64,000 bases of DNA, taken from positions 1,984,001-2,048,000 of the forward strand of contig CBDFLE010000006.1 in assembly GCA_965248925.1 (NCBI GenBank), written 5' to 3'. The notes under the pieces are model-generated. The model saw only the letters and a program-made list of their open reading frames with translations, did not search any database and had not been told where the DNA came from. The DNA is from Candidatus Multivoradales bacterium. GTDB lineage: Bacteria > Acidobacteriota > Thermoanaerobaculia > Multivoradales > J023. The position numbers and the translations under genes were made by a program. Shown here in pieces: positions 1 through 9,238 of this stretch (its first letter is position 1; every line of letters starts with the position of its first letter).

Positions 1-1897
1 CGCAACGATTTTCTGGGGCGATCCGACCGAGGTGGTGGTCATCCTCCATGAGGAAAAGCCCAACTACAGCTATGGCCAGGGACCGTGGGGTGGCAAGGTA
101 GTCTACTTACGCTACAACCACGTCGGCGGTTCAGATCCGCTAACCGCATCTACGTTCTTGCCCCATGAACTCGGTCATTTTCACGGCTTGACTCATCTCG
201 ATGGCGGACCTGGCAACGTTTTCTACAACCCGCAAACAGGCCAGCCGTACAGCAATTGCGATTTCTGAGACCAACTCTATCTGCCGGGCAACCCACCCAC
301 CTTTTTCCCCAGCCCAACCAGCACCGGATGCAACAACTCGGCTCTGAAGCGAATCGCGCCGAATTTGCTAACCAACTACGCTACTTCTTCCAGCATGCCG
401 ACTCTGACTATCGGCGGCGCCACCTTCCAGACCTCTGACTGGCAGACTCAGGTCATCGCCGCGCCCACCGGCCTGGCGCATTTGCCCCCCAACCAGTGGG
501 GCTATTCGCTCAACCTGATGACCGGCTGGAAGAACGCACCGGGTAGCGCTGGTCCCGATGGCCGGGTCCCCCGCCACTTCAGCGAGTCGCAACTCGAGGT
601 CATCGGCGACTTCCTGCACTTCGAGCACCCATTCATTCAGAAGAACATAGATCTCTTCGAGCGCGCCGATGGCACCCTGCCGGTAGGGGCGTCGCAGTCC
701 AGTCTGACTTCGAACCGCCCCCTGCTCGGTAAAGCCCAGGACGATTTTCTCTGGTGGTCCAACGGCAAGCTCACCGGTGAGTTCTCCTTCGCCAAGGAAA
801 CCAAGAATCTCGGTCCCGGCTATCGGCCGGTGGCGGGTGATTTCGATGGCGACGGCGACACGGATATCTTCTGGTATCGAAACGAAGCCGAGCGCTGGGT
901 CGACAACTTCGGCTACAGCGCCTCCACCGGCTCCTGGCGCATCGACACCCACCCGCGAGTGCTGGCGGACGTCAACGGTGACGGCAAAGACGATGTGGTC
1001 GGCTTTAGTAACTCCGGGGTTTGGGTTGCTCCCTCCACCGGCTCGCGTTTCCTGCCCATGAGCCAATGGGTCAGCGGCTACGGCTACAGCAACGGCTGGC
1101 GACTCAACAAACATCTGCGAGTCTTGGCCGAAGTAGATGGCGACGAACGCATGGTCGTAGTTGGATTCGCCCACTCAGGGGTCTAGGTGTCGCTCTCGAC
1201 CGGGTCCGGCTTCGCCACTTCGACAAAATGGGTGAACCAGTTCGGCTACAACCACAATTGGCGGATCGATCGTCACCCGCGCTACCTGATGGATGTCGAC
1301 GGCGATCAGAAAGCTGACATTGTCGGTTTTGGCAACGCCGGTGTGTGGGTGGCCCTTTCCACCGGTTCGAGCTTTGCCCCTCCACAGATCTGGTTGAACG
1401 ACTTCGGTTATTCGGCCGGCGGCTGGAGAGTCGATAAGAACCCGCGCTTCGTTACCGATGTCGACGGCGACGGCAAGGCCGATATCGTTGGTCTCAGCCC
1501 AGGCGGCGGCCAGAAACTGATGGTCTCGGCATCGACCGGCAGCGCCTTCACCACGCCAAGGGAGTGGGCCGACTTCGTCGACATCTTGGAACCCGCCACC
1601 GTCTCTGAGACCGTGACCATGGCCGACATCAACGGCGACGGCAGGGCCGACGCGGTAGCCTTCGGCGGCTACGAAGGCACCTACTTCGCCCTTTCCACCG
1701 GCACCACCTTCACCACCTTCACCAAGTCTCGGCCGTGGATCAACGAATTCGGTGTCGACGCCGGCTGGAAGGTGAGCCAGCACCTACGCACCCTGGCCGA
1801 TATCGACGGCGACGGCCGCGCCGACATCGTCGGCTTCGGTGGCTCCGGTGTCTGGGTCTGGCAGGCCGATTTCTGCTTCGCTGGGGAGGAGAACTAG
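1..1897 (+). pseudogene. Secreted zinc metalloprotease with FG-GAP/VCBS repeats, disrupted by two in-frame stops; 5' end lies outside the window
   Basis: ORFs 32..268, 365..1186 and 1187..1897 share one frame, which is open from base 2. HELGHFHGLTH zincin motif and repeated D(V/I)(N/D)GDG..D.VGF units. Stops: TGA 266-268 (CDF*DQ) and TAG 1184-1186 (GV*VS, where sister repeats read GVWVA). Confidence 0.8.
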
Positions 1898-1985
1898 GAG
1901 GGTATCGAGCACGTTCGGCAAGCGCCCGGAGAAGACTAGATGCCGATCGGCCCGGCTTCTCCTTGCGACCTCCCTTGGTACCACC

Positions 1986-4900
1986 TCAGCCGGCTTCCTC
2001 CACCCGCTGATCGAATCGAATGGGACCCTCGAACCGTTCCCGACCGCCTACAAGAGCCTCTTCAATAGGTTCGTCTTCAATCATATCAACTGCACTCGCC
2101 GCAGAGAGCCGCAACCTGAAGTCGGCCCGGGACAGGCCTCCAGAATAGAACACGGTACCAACATAGGTCGGATCGCTCACCGCGGAAGCCGATGCTACCG
2201 GCTCCCATGGCTGAATCCGTACTCCGTCCGCCAGCCCGACCCTTTCCCCGAGTCGGAGATCCGCAAGGCTGTCGACAATCTGAAAGCGACCGGAATCAGC
2301 GCGAAGGCTACTACAGAAAAACCTCGTATATTCTGACTGGGCCTGGCTGCTCTCGAGTTGAATCACCCCATCTTCGATGAGTGTCGAGACCGTCACACTC
2401 TGACCATCCAGTAGAACTGCCCGGCTCGCGGAGGCGATCACGTCAATGGCTCCAATCTGGCCCCCTTCAGCAACCGTGATCTGGAAAAGAGACCAGGAAC
2501 TGAAACGGAGAGGGCGCTGATCTACTGCAAGAACTCTGACATCTGGCCTCGACCAAGCACGGGCATCGTTGGCCGCCGCGAGTCGTAAATGGCGCTCGGC
2601 CTCGACTTGGCCCAAAGCCTCCCAGGAATCCGGCAGCAAGCGGAGCGGCCGGAGAAACGGAGTCCCGCAATAGTCGCTCATTAGGCGGTCGAAATCGAGA
2701 CTCTCGAGATCAGGGGTCGGCGACTGCCAAAACTCCCTACTGCTCTCGGCTTCGGCCTCTTCCGCCAGCCTCTTCTCCGCTGCGCGCAGGAAGCCTGACC
2801 TCTCGACCGATCTCTCCTCTTCAAACAGGTTCTCTATCCAAGGCTCGAGCAGACCTCGTTCTTCCCTGGCCAAGCGAAGAAGGGCGCGGCGATCGCCCGT
2901 GGTACGATACTCGACCCCGGCAGCAAGCAGCCTCAAAGGCACAGCCAACTCGTCGACATCGCCAGCTCGCTCTTGCCAAGTCGCGTACCAGGTCTTAGCT
3001 ACTTCATCACTGATCTGAGGCCGCCGCAGTACCCTCAAACTATAGACGAGACCTTTGCCGAGTTCGGAGAGGCCATGATGGCGCTGAAATAGTTCCAGCC
3101 AAACCGCAATAAAAGATCTCCAGACGCTCGAATTTGGACTCTTTATTAACGGACCACCTACAAGCCCACCAAGTTCCTTCGTGCTCCAGAAACGCGGCTT
3201 GTACTGCTCCAGAATACGGTTCAACTCCCCTCGCCCCCCCTCCCAGTCGCCAAGATTAAATTGCATTTTCATACGAGCAGTTTCGAACCTCCGCCTAGCT
3301 CTTCCAGCTTCTATGGGCATATTCTTCTCAAGAAGTTCAAGAGCTTCTTGAGACCGCCCCAGATCGTCGAGGGTTATTGCCTGATACAGCAACGCGGGTT
3401 CCCCAGTCTGATCCAACATCGGATCAAGCTCCAGGGCTGCCTCAAATGAGGTCAGCGCCTTCTCAAATTTATCATTAGCTGAATAGGCAGTTCCGAGCTT
3501 AGAGTGAAAAAACGCCTCCTGTGGAAAAAGCTCGACCAAGCGAGAAGTCATTCTCATGATTGGGAGAAACTTCCCTTGCTCTTGCAACACACCCCACAAG
3601 TGATCCCACGTAGAAGTTCGATGAGGATCCAGCTCAAGTGCATTACGAAACGCATCCATCGATTCATCGACCTTTCCCAACTCCCAAAGATCAATTGCCT
3701 TCCAATCCCAGTCGGAGGCCGTGGATGGGTTACCGCTCAGGGCTAGGGCCTTCCTACGATACTCTCTCGCCTCGTTAGCGCGGCCAACTCTGGCCAGACC
3801 TGAACTATAGTTTCGGCAGATTGTTGAATCGGCCGGCTTCAGCTTCAAAGCCTTCTCCGCGGCCTCTAGAGCACGCTCAAAGCGCTCTAGCTCAGTATAG
3901 ATGATATCCTGTCTATTCCAAACTAGTGAGTCTTCTGGATCGATCTCGGCGACACGCTGCCAGCATTTGAGACGCTCGTGGAGATCGCCACCCAGCGCTT
4001 CCAGACATTGCGCCTTCCGTGTCCAATTCTCCTTGAGTTCTGGATTCCGACTAGTAGAATGCTCAGCCGCCACCAGTGCTTGTTCGTAGTTGCCGACTGC
4101 CTGGTAGCTGAAGAACTCATGCAACAGCGAGCTTTGCAGGGGATCTTTCTCGGACATCGCTAGCTGGGCAACCTGCGAGTCCGCAGACTCGGCGTCTGCC
4201 AATCGACCAAGCTCTGCCTGCGAATACCAGACACGAAGAAACTGCACGAAAATCTCTACGTTGCGTCCTTTCTGCTCCTTCACGTCCAGGCAGAGTCGCA
4301 TCAGGGGCTCCCGCATCTCGTAGTAATTCGAGCGTCCCAGAGAATCTACTTGGATGACATAGCCCAGGCCTTTGAGCTTACCGAGCTGCTTGGAAATAGT
4401 CTGAGAACTACTCATAGTCTGGCGAGCGATTTCCGACACATTGGAAGCTCCTCGCAAGCGTCGTAGGACGTCGATGATGCGTCGTTGGAGCGGAGCGAGG
4501 CGACTCATCCGCGCTTGATAGTAAGGCGTAAGTTCGTCCATGAGTTTCATGAATGGCCTTGCTAGGTCATCCAGGGAGTCGCGATTGAGGAAATCATAAA
4601 AGATCACGTATATACGAGGATTACCACCCGCCAGATAGTGTATGGCGCGAAGCCGCGCTTTGCCCATCTGGCTCTGAATGGCGCCGGCGAGTTCACTATC
4701 ATGAACTCGATTTGCCAGACGAACGAGCAATTCTGCGGCTTCATCAACACTGAGAGGGCTAAGCGTATGAATCCTGAAGAACCCGAAGAACGTCTCCTTG
4801 CGTTCTGTCACAGCTTCTACCAGGCTGGTAGCGGTAGCCAGAATCGTCACCGATCTCTGATTCTGAATGAAGGCGCGCAGCTTCTGCTGCCCTTCCGCCT

Positions 4901-5384
4901 TCAAGTCGGTCAGTAGATCGTCCAGATTCTCGGCGACAATGAGTAAAGTCTTATCGCCAATGATTTCCACAAGCAACTGTTCTAGGACAGCTTCTCGCTG
5001 CCGCGACTCGGTGAGATCGAGAGCCCCATCGAGACGCAACTCCAGCTCCGGCAAAGAGTATTCCAGAATCAGCCGGCGTAGGGTTTCCAACAAGAGATCA
5101 GGATAGCCAGCGACATAGAGATCCTCACGTAGCCAAGCGATCCTGAGTCGCTTACTTAAATTCTTTTCGGCGAAGATCCGGTTGTAGATCAGCGAAACAA
5201 AGTGGGTCTTTCCTATCCCACGAGGTCCGATCAGAAGGCGTTGATGTTTGTTGCCAGAGTTCGTACTTTCAGCAATACCCTCCATAACATTCCGAGCAAG
5301 ATCTTCACGAGCAACGAAGAGATACTCCAACGTCTGCGGGTCACTTTCGCTGGGCGTGAAAGTGGAGTGATAGTCGGTGTTCAC
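1986..5384 (-). CDS. STAND-like P-loop NTPase with winged HTH, TPR repeats and an uncharacterised C-terminal domain
   Basis: Walker A GPRGIGKT, Walker B-like LIVAENLD, GGNPR motif, wHTH-like segment SNVSEIARQTMSSSQTISKQLGKLKGLGYV, several TPR-like units (ALELDP). GTGA overlap with the upstream gene. Confidence 0.8.
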   Translation of the reverse strand: MNTDYHSTFTPSESDPQTLEYLFVAREDLARNVMEGIAESTNSGNKHQRLLIGPRGIGKTHFVSLIYNRIFAEKNLSKRLRIAWLREDLYVAGYPDLLLETLRRLILEYSLPELELRLDGALDLTESRQREAVLEQLLVEIIGDKTLLIVAENLDDLLTDLKAEGQQKLRAFIQNQRSVTILATATSLVEAVTERKETFFGFFRIHTLSPLSVDEAAELLVRLANRVHDSELAGAIQSQMGKARLRAIHYLAGGNPRIYVIFYDFLNRDSLDDLARPFMKLMDELTPYYQARMSRLAPLQRRIIDVLRRLRGASNVSEIARQTMSSSQTISKQLGKLKGLGYVIQVDSLGRSNYYEMREPLMRLCLDVKEQKGRNVEIFVQFLRVWYSQAELGRLADAESADSQVAQLAMSEKDPLQSSLLHEFFSYQAVGNYEQALVAAEHSTSRNPELKENWTRKAQCLEALGGDLHERLKCWQRVAEIDPEDSLVWNRQDIIYTELERFERALEAAEKALKLKPADSTICRNYSSGLARVGRANEAREYRRKALALSGNPSTASDWDWKAIDLWELGKVDESMDAFRNALELDPHRTSTWDHLWGVLQEQGKFLPIMRMTSRLVELFPQEAFFHSKLGTAYSANDKFEKALTSFEAALELDPMLDQTGEPALLYQAITLDDLGRSQEALELLEKNMPIEAGRARRRFETARMKMQFNLGDWEGGRGELNRILEQYKPRFWSTKELGGLVGGPLIKSPNSSVWRSFIAVWLELFQRHHGLSELGKGLVYSLRVLRRPQISDEVAKTWYATWQERAGDVDELAVPLRLLAAGVEYRTTGDRRALLRLAREERGLLEPWIENLFEEERSVERSGFLRAAEKRLAEEAEAESSREFWQSPTPDLESLDFDRLMSDYCGTPFLRPLRLLPDSWEALGQVEAERHLRLAAANDARAWSRPDVRVLAVDQRPLRFSSWSLFQITVAEGGQIGAIDVIASASRAVLLDGQSVTVSTLIEDGVIQLESSQAQSEYTRFFCSSLRADSGRFQIVDSLADLRLGERVGLADGVRIQPWEPVASASAVSDPTYVGTVFYSGGLSRADFRLRLSAASAVDMIEDEPIEEALVGGRERFEGPIRFDQRVEEAG

Positions 5385-6571
5385 CGTATCCCCAATTCAA
5401 AACGCCACCAGCGACGTATGAGATTGGAGCGGAAGGAGTATTCCCCGTGATCCCCCAGGTGAAGGTAGTGGTCGCGCCGCATGAGCTTCACCAACGCACG
5501 CAGGTTCTCGGGGCTGCCTTCGGCAATACGGCGGGAGGCCTCATTGTCGGCACGGAAGCCAACTTGCAAGCGGTCCTGTAGGTCTTCGAGACTGAGAGGA
5601 CTCTCGGCAAGTTGATCGAGAATTCCTCTGGCCACTCCTGCTTGTTCACCATAATACGGTCGCAGCCGTTCTCGGTAGTGCTCTAAGTCCCATGGATCCT
5701 GCGCCCCGGTAAGCGCTCGTTTGACCACTTCGGCAGCCAACTCGGGACTTGCGGCCTGGCCCTGGTCAGCCAAGCTCGCAACGACATGATGGATGTAATA
5801 GGGCACACAGTCCACCAGCGTAGCAATTGCCTCGGCAGCCTTGCCCTGTGGGTCAGACTTCAGCCCTTCGCCGTGCAGCAGGACCTTGGCGAGGGAGGTA
5901 GCGCTCACGAGACTGAGTGGCGGCACTTCGACGGTTCGCAGGTCATTCACCGCCGAGGTGGCGTACTCGCCATCATGCGGCCCCCTGATGACGTGATGAA
6001 GACCGATGGAGCCTGTGTAGACCATGCGCAGATTGTTATTTTTCTACCTTTGGGCCCGCAACACGTCGAGTAGGTCTACGACCGCGGCCTGGCCTTCCGC
6101 CCGGACGATCTTTTGCAGCATCCAAGGAAGCTCATCCCAGATGAAGACCACACGCCGGTCCTGATGTTTGACAAAATTGTTGAGCACTTTTGCCAGGTGT
6201 GTTTTCCAATGCGGCACCGCCGCCTGCGGCAACCTGAGCACGCCACCGATTTCTGTTCCTCCAATGGACTCCCAGAACGTCTTGACATGGGTAGCTGTCT
6301 TTGTGGCGGTATTCTGGTAGCTATGCATATCGCTGATCAGGGTCTCGACGAACTCATGGGCTCGACTAACACCCTCCACGTCGGAGAAGAGGACCAGAGA
6401 ATCTTGCGGTACCTCTGCGGCCATCTTGTTGATGATGCTGGTCTTTCCCATTCGCCGCTCAGACACCATGATCACTCCGACCTGGCTGAGAGTAGCCCAA
6501 AGACGCTCAATGAACCGCTCGCGCCCGATTACATTTTGTGGGGAGACGAGCCCTCCTGGATTGGCTTTCAT
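5381..6571 (-). pseudogene. AAA/archaeal-type ATPase of about 396 codons interrupted by one in-frame TAG
   Basis: ATG at 6571 after RBS AGAGGAG. Walker A SERRMGKT, Walker B VFIWDE. TAG at 6046-6044 is in frame with the 5381..6025 ORF (RAQR*KNNNLRMVYTGSIGLH). Confidence 0.75.
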
Positions 6572-6587
6572 AGATTTCTCCTCTGTT

Positions 6588-6619
6588 GTTGACGTACGTC
6601 TAATCTGACGTGCGTCAAC
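6588..6619. promoter_or_regulatory. 13-bp inverted repeat upstream of the ATPase pair; candidate operator or hairpin
   Basis: GTTGACGTACGTC-TAATCT-GACGTGCGTCAAC with one mismatch, 17 bp upstream of the ATG at 6571. Confidence 0.5.
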
Positions 6620-6734
6620 GGTGACGTGCTTCTGCCGGAGTGTCAAGTTTCCCGGCTGTAGCGGGGCGAGGAGGATCCGCTCAGTCTGCTCCAGAGAGAA
6701 CTGATCGGCGTTGCATCCGATACACCCAACGCCA

Positions 6735-6758
6735 AACGCCGCCTCGGCGGGCGGCGTT
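6735..6758 (-). terminator. Hairpin downstream of tRNA-Ala
   Basis: AACGCCGCC-N6-GGCGGCGTT stem; only a short T-run follows on the minus strand. Confidence 0.4.
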
Positions 6759-6786
6759 AACTGCTTCTCTGCTAGAGACTTATAAC

Positions 6787-6862
<76 letters not shown>

Positions 6863-6969
6863 ACGGGGAGCGGAGTGTACCCAGAGCGGGGACAGGCTGT
6901 CAATTGTTGCTTGGCGAAATGGGCCGTCAGCGCTTCCCGATGGCGGGTGGGATGGGCTAAGGTCCAAGG

Positions 6970-7530
6970 ATGGCCGACGAAACCCCCGACAAGACCGAAG
7001 CTGGCGGCGAAGCTAAAGTGATCTCCTGGTTGCAGCGGGTGGGAGTGTTAGTGATCGCCGCCGCCGCGCTGGCGGTGCTGTTTTGGCCGGAGGGTGATGG
7101 CCGCCGGCCGGGCCCACCGGGACTGCTGATCGATACCACCGGCCAGCAAGTGACCCTGGGATCGCGTATGGCGCCGGTCACCCTGGTGCATTTCTGGGCC
7201 ACCTGGTGTCCGCCCTGCCTCCAAGAAGTACCCTCGATCCGGCGGCTCAACACCGACATGGCGGGCAATCACAACTTCTCTCTGCTGATGATCGCGGTCA
7301 ACGACGACCACGAGAAAGTGAAAAACTTCCTCGGCGAGTTCGGTCATGACTCGCTATTTGACCAAGGCTGGAAGCTGGCCCACAGCTACGACACTCGCAA
7401 GCTGCCGGAAACCCACTTGGTGGTGCGCGGCGAGATTGTCGAGAGCTTCATCGGCGCCACCAACTGGGATGATCCGAAGATCCGGCAGAAGATTCAGGAC
7501 GCCTTGGCCGAAGCCAACCAGGCCGGCTGA
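6970..7530 (+). CDS. TlpA/ResA-family thiol-disulfide oxidoreductase
   Basis: N-terminal TM helix, FWATWCPPC motif, thioredoxin-fold LPET. Confidence 0.9.
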   Translation: MADETPDKTEAGGEAKVISWLQRVGVLVIAAAALAVLFWPEGDGRRPGPPGLLIDTTGQQVTLGSRMAPVTLVHFWATWCPPCLQEVPSIRRLNTDMAGNHNFSLLMIAVNDDHEKVKNFLGEFGHDSLFDQGWKLAHSYDTRKLPETHLVVRGEIVESFIGATNWDDPKIRQKIQDALAEANQAG

Positions 7531-7537
7531 TCAGAAG

Positions 7538-7565
7538 GTGCTAATCAGAATGTGCTAATCAGAAT
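7538..7565. repeat. 14-bp tandem duplication between convergent gene ends
   Basis: GTGCTAATCAGAAT x2. Confidence 0.8.
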
Positions 7566-8077
7566 TTGAAGGCCAAGCCCGCGTGGCCCATCAAGAAGAC
7601 GTTGGCGCGATCGAAGTCGGCATAGTGGCCCGAGAACTCGGCCAGGAAACTGAAGCGGTCGGAGAGGCGAAAATCGCCGCTAACCCCCAAAGTAATACCC
7701 AAGGCACTCTCGCCCTCGATCAGCGGGGTGTCGTCAAGATCGTAGACGCCAATGCCGAAAAACAACCCCGATTCGTAGTAACCGGCGGTGACCATGTACT
7801 CACCGGTCAAAGTGACGTAGGTCAACTCGCTGTCGAACAAGCCGCTGCCTTCACCGGCTTCCATATCGAGGCGGCCGGCGCGGATCGCGAAATTGACATC
7901 GCTGTCGGTAGTCATCGCGAACATCAGCTGAAAACCTGCATTGTCGAGATCGACGTCGGGCTCGGCATCAGTGGCGCCACCCAAGCCCCCCATCAGGGCA
8001 AACTTGAAGCTATGGGACTCCCGCGCCGCCGCGGCTGCCGGGAGCAATAGGATGAGGAGCCCCAAAACAACGGGCAT
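7559..8077 (-). CDS. Small outer-membrane beta-barrel protein
   Basis: Signal peptide MPVVLGLLILLLPAAAAA, amphipathic strands, C-terminal Phe (GLAFKF). Confidence 0.75.
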   Translation of the reverse strand: MPVVLGLLILLLPAAAAARESHSFKFALMGGLGGATDAEPDVDLDNAGFQLMFAMTTDSDVNFAIRAGRLDMEAGEGSGLFDSELTYVTLTGEYMVTAGYYESGLFFGIGVYDLDDTPLIEGESALGITLGVSGDFRLSDRFSFLAEFSGHYADFDRANVFLMGHAGLAFKF

Positions 8078-8280
8078 GGTGCGCAGGATTGCGCTGGCTC
8101 TGTGGATCAACGGCTGGCCTCCTTGTAGGTGACGACTAGATCTCGGGCAACGATGAGGGCTCGATGGACGAATGCCGATTCTGCTCGCTCGCACCGACCG
8201 CTGCATTCTCGCAGAGCCGGCGCCGCAGGCCAACCGTCAGACAGCTAAGATCGCGGACCTGATTCGCGTCTCTTGGGGGT

Positions 8281-9090
8281 ATGGAGAAAAACCACCGCCA
8301 CAACCCTGCCCGCTCTCCCGCCATCGGTGTCGATAGCTCATACGCGCCAGCCTGGCGCGGTGTCACAAGCCGTTTGCTCAGCTCAACACTGGACCTACTG
8401 CTTCCAGCCCCCTGCCTGGCCTGCGATGCACCGGCCCAGAGTCCACAAACCACCCTGGGATTGTGTAACCACTGCCGTCAGCTGCTCGAGCCTTGGCCGG
8501 CCGGCTGCCCCCGTTGTGGTGGCCTGGGACCACTCGAGATCTGCGGCCAATGTCGCCTAGAGCCTCCGCCCTTCAGCCGCTTGCTCAACGGCTGGAGCTA
8601 CCAGCCGCCACTGGATCGGGTGCTGACCTCACTGAAGTTTGAGGGCTTGGACTACCTCGGAGGACAACTCGGCAAAGCGCTGAGCGAACGTCTTGGCGAA
8701 GCACTGGCGCCTTGCGACCTGGTATGCCCGATCCCCCTGCACTGGACCCGCCGATGGAACCGCGGCTTCGACCAGGCGCTAGAGATTGCCCGCACTCTGG
8801 CTCGCCAACGCCACCTCCCCCTGGCGACTCTCTTGCGTCGGCGACGCCCTACTCGTGCGCAAAGCCGCCTCGGCCGCCGAGCGCGGCAGCGCAACCTGCG
8901 TGACGCCTTCGTAGTGCGTCGTCCAGCGGCTTGCCTAGGCCGCCGTCTGCTGCTGGTCGACGACGTCTACACCACCGGCTCCACTTTGCAGGCAGCCGCC
9001 CACGTTTTGCTGGCCACAGGCGCCGAATCTGTGATCGGGGTCACGGTAGCTCGGACCCCTGCGGAGGGAGGGCTGGCCTCCAGCAGCTGA
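8281..9090 (+). CDS. comF: ComF-family protein (zinc finger plus PRTase-like domain)
   Basis: CxxC pairs, PIPLH..R...RGFDQ, LLVDDVYTTGST. Start uncertain. Confidence 0.9.
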   Translation: MEKNHRHNPARSPAIGVDSSYAPAWRGVTSRLLSSTLDLLLPAPCLACDAPAQSPQTTLGLCNHCRQLLEPWPAGCPRCGGLGPLEICGQCRLEPPPFSRLLNGWSYQPPLDRVLTSLKFEGLDYLGGQLGKALSERLGEALAPCDLVCPIPLHWTRRWNRGFDQALEIARTLARQRHLPLATLLRRRRPTRAQSRLGRRARQRNLRDAFVVRRPAACLGRRLLLVDDVYTTGSTLQAAAHVLLATGAESVIGVTVARTPAEGGLASSS

Positions 9091-9238
9091 GCAGGCGACA
9101 GATTTCCGACTCGGGAGATCGCGCTGCCAGCCTGAGGAGACAGCAACTCGTCCCACCATGACCGCGTTTCATGCATCCTGGGTTGTCGTTCGCACGTATC
9201 AGGCGTATAGTCTGGCGTCAGAAGTTCTAGGTTTAGCC

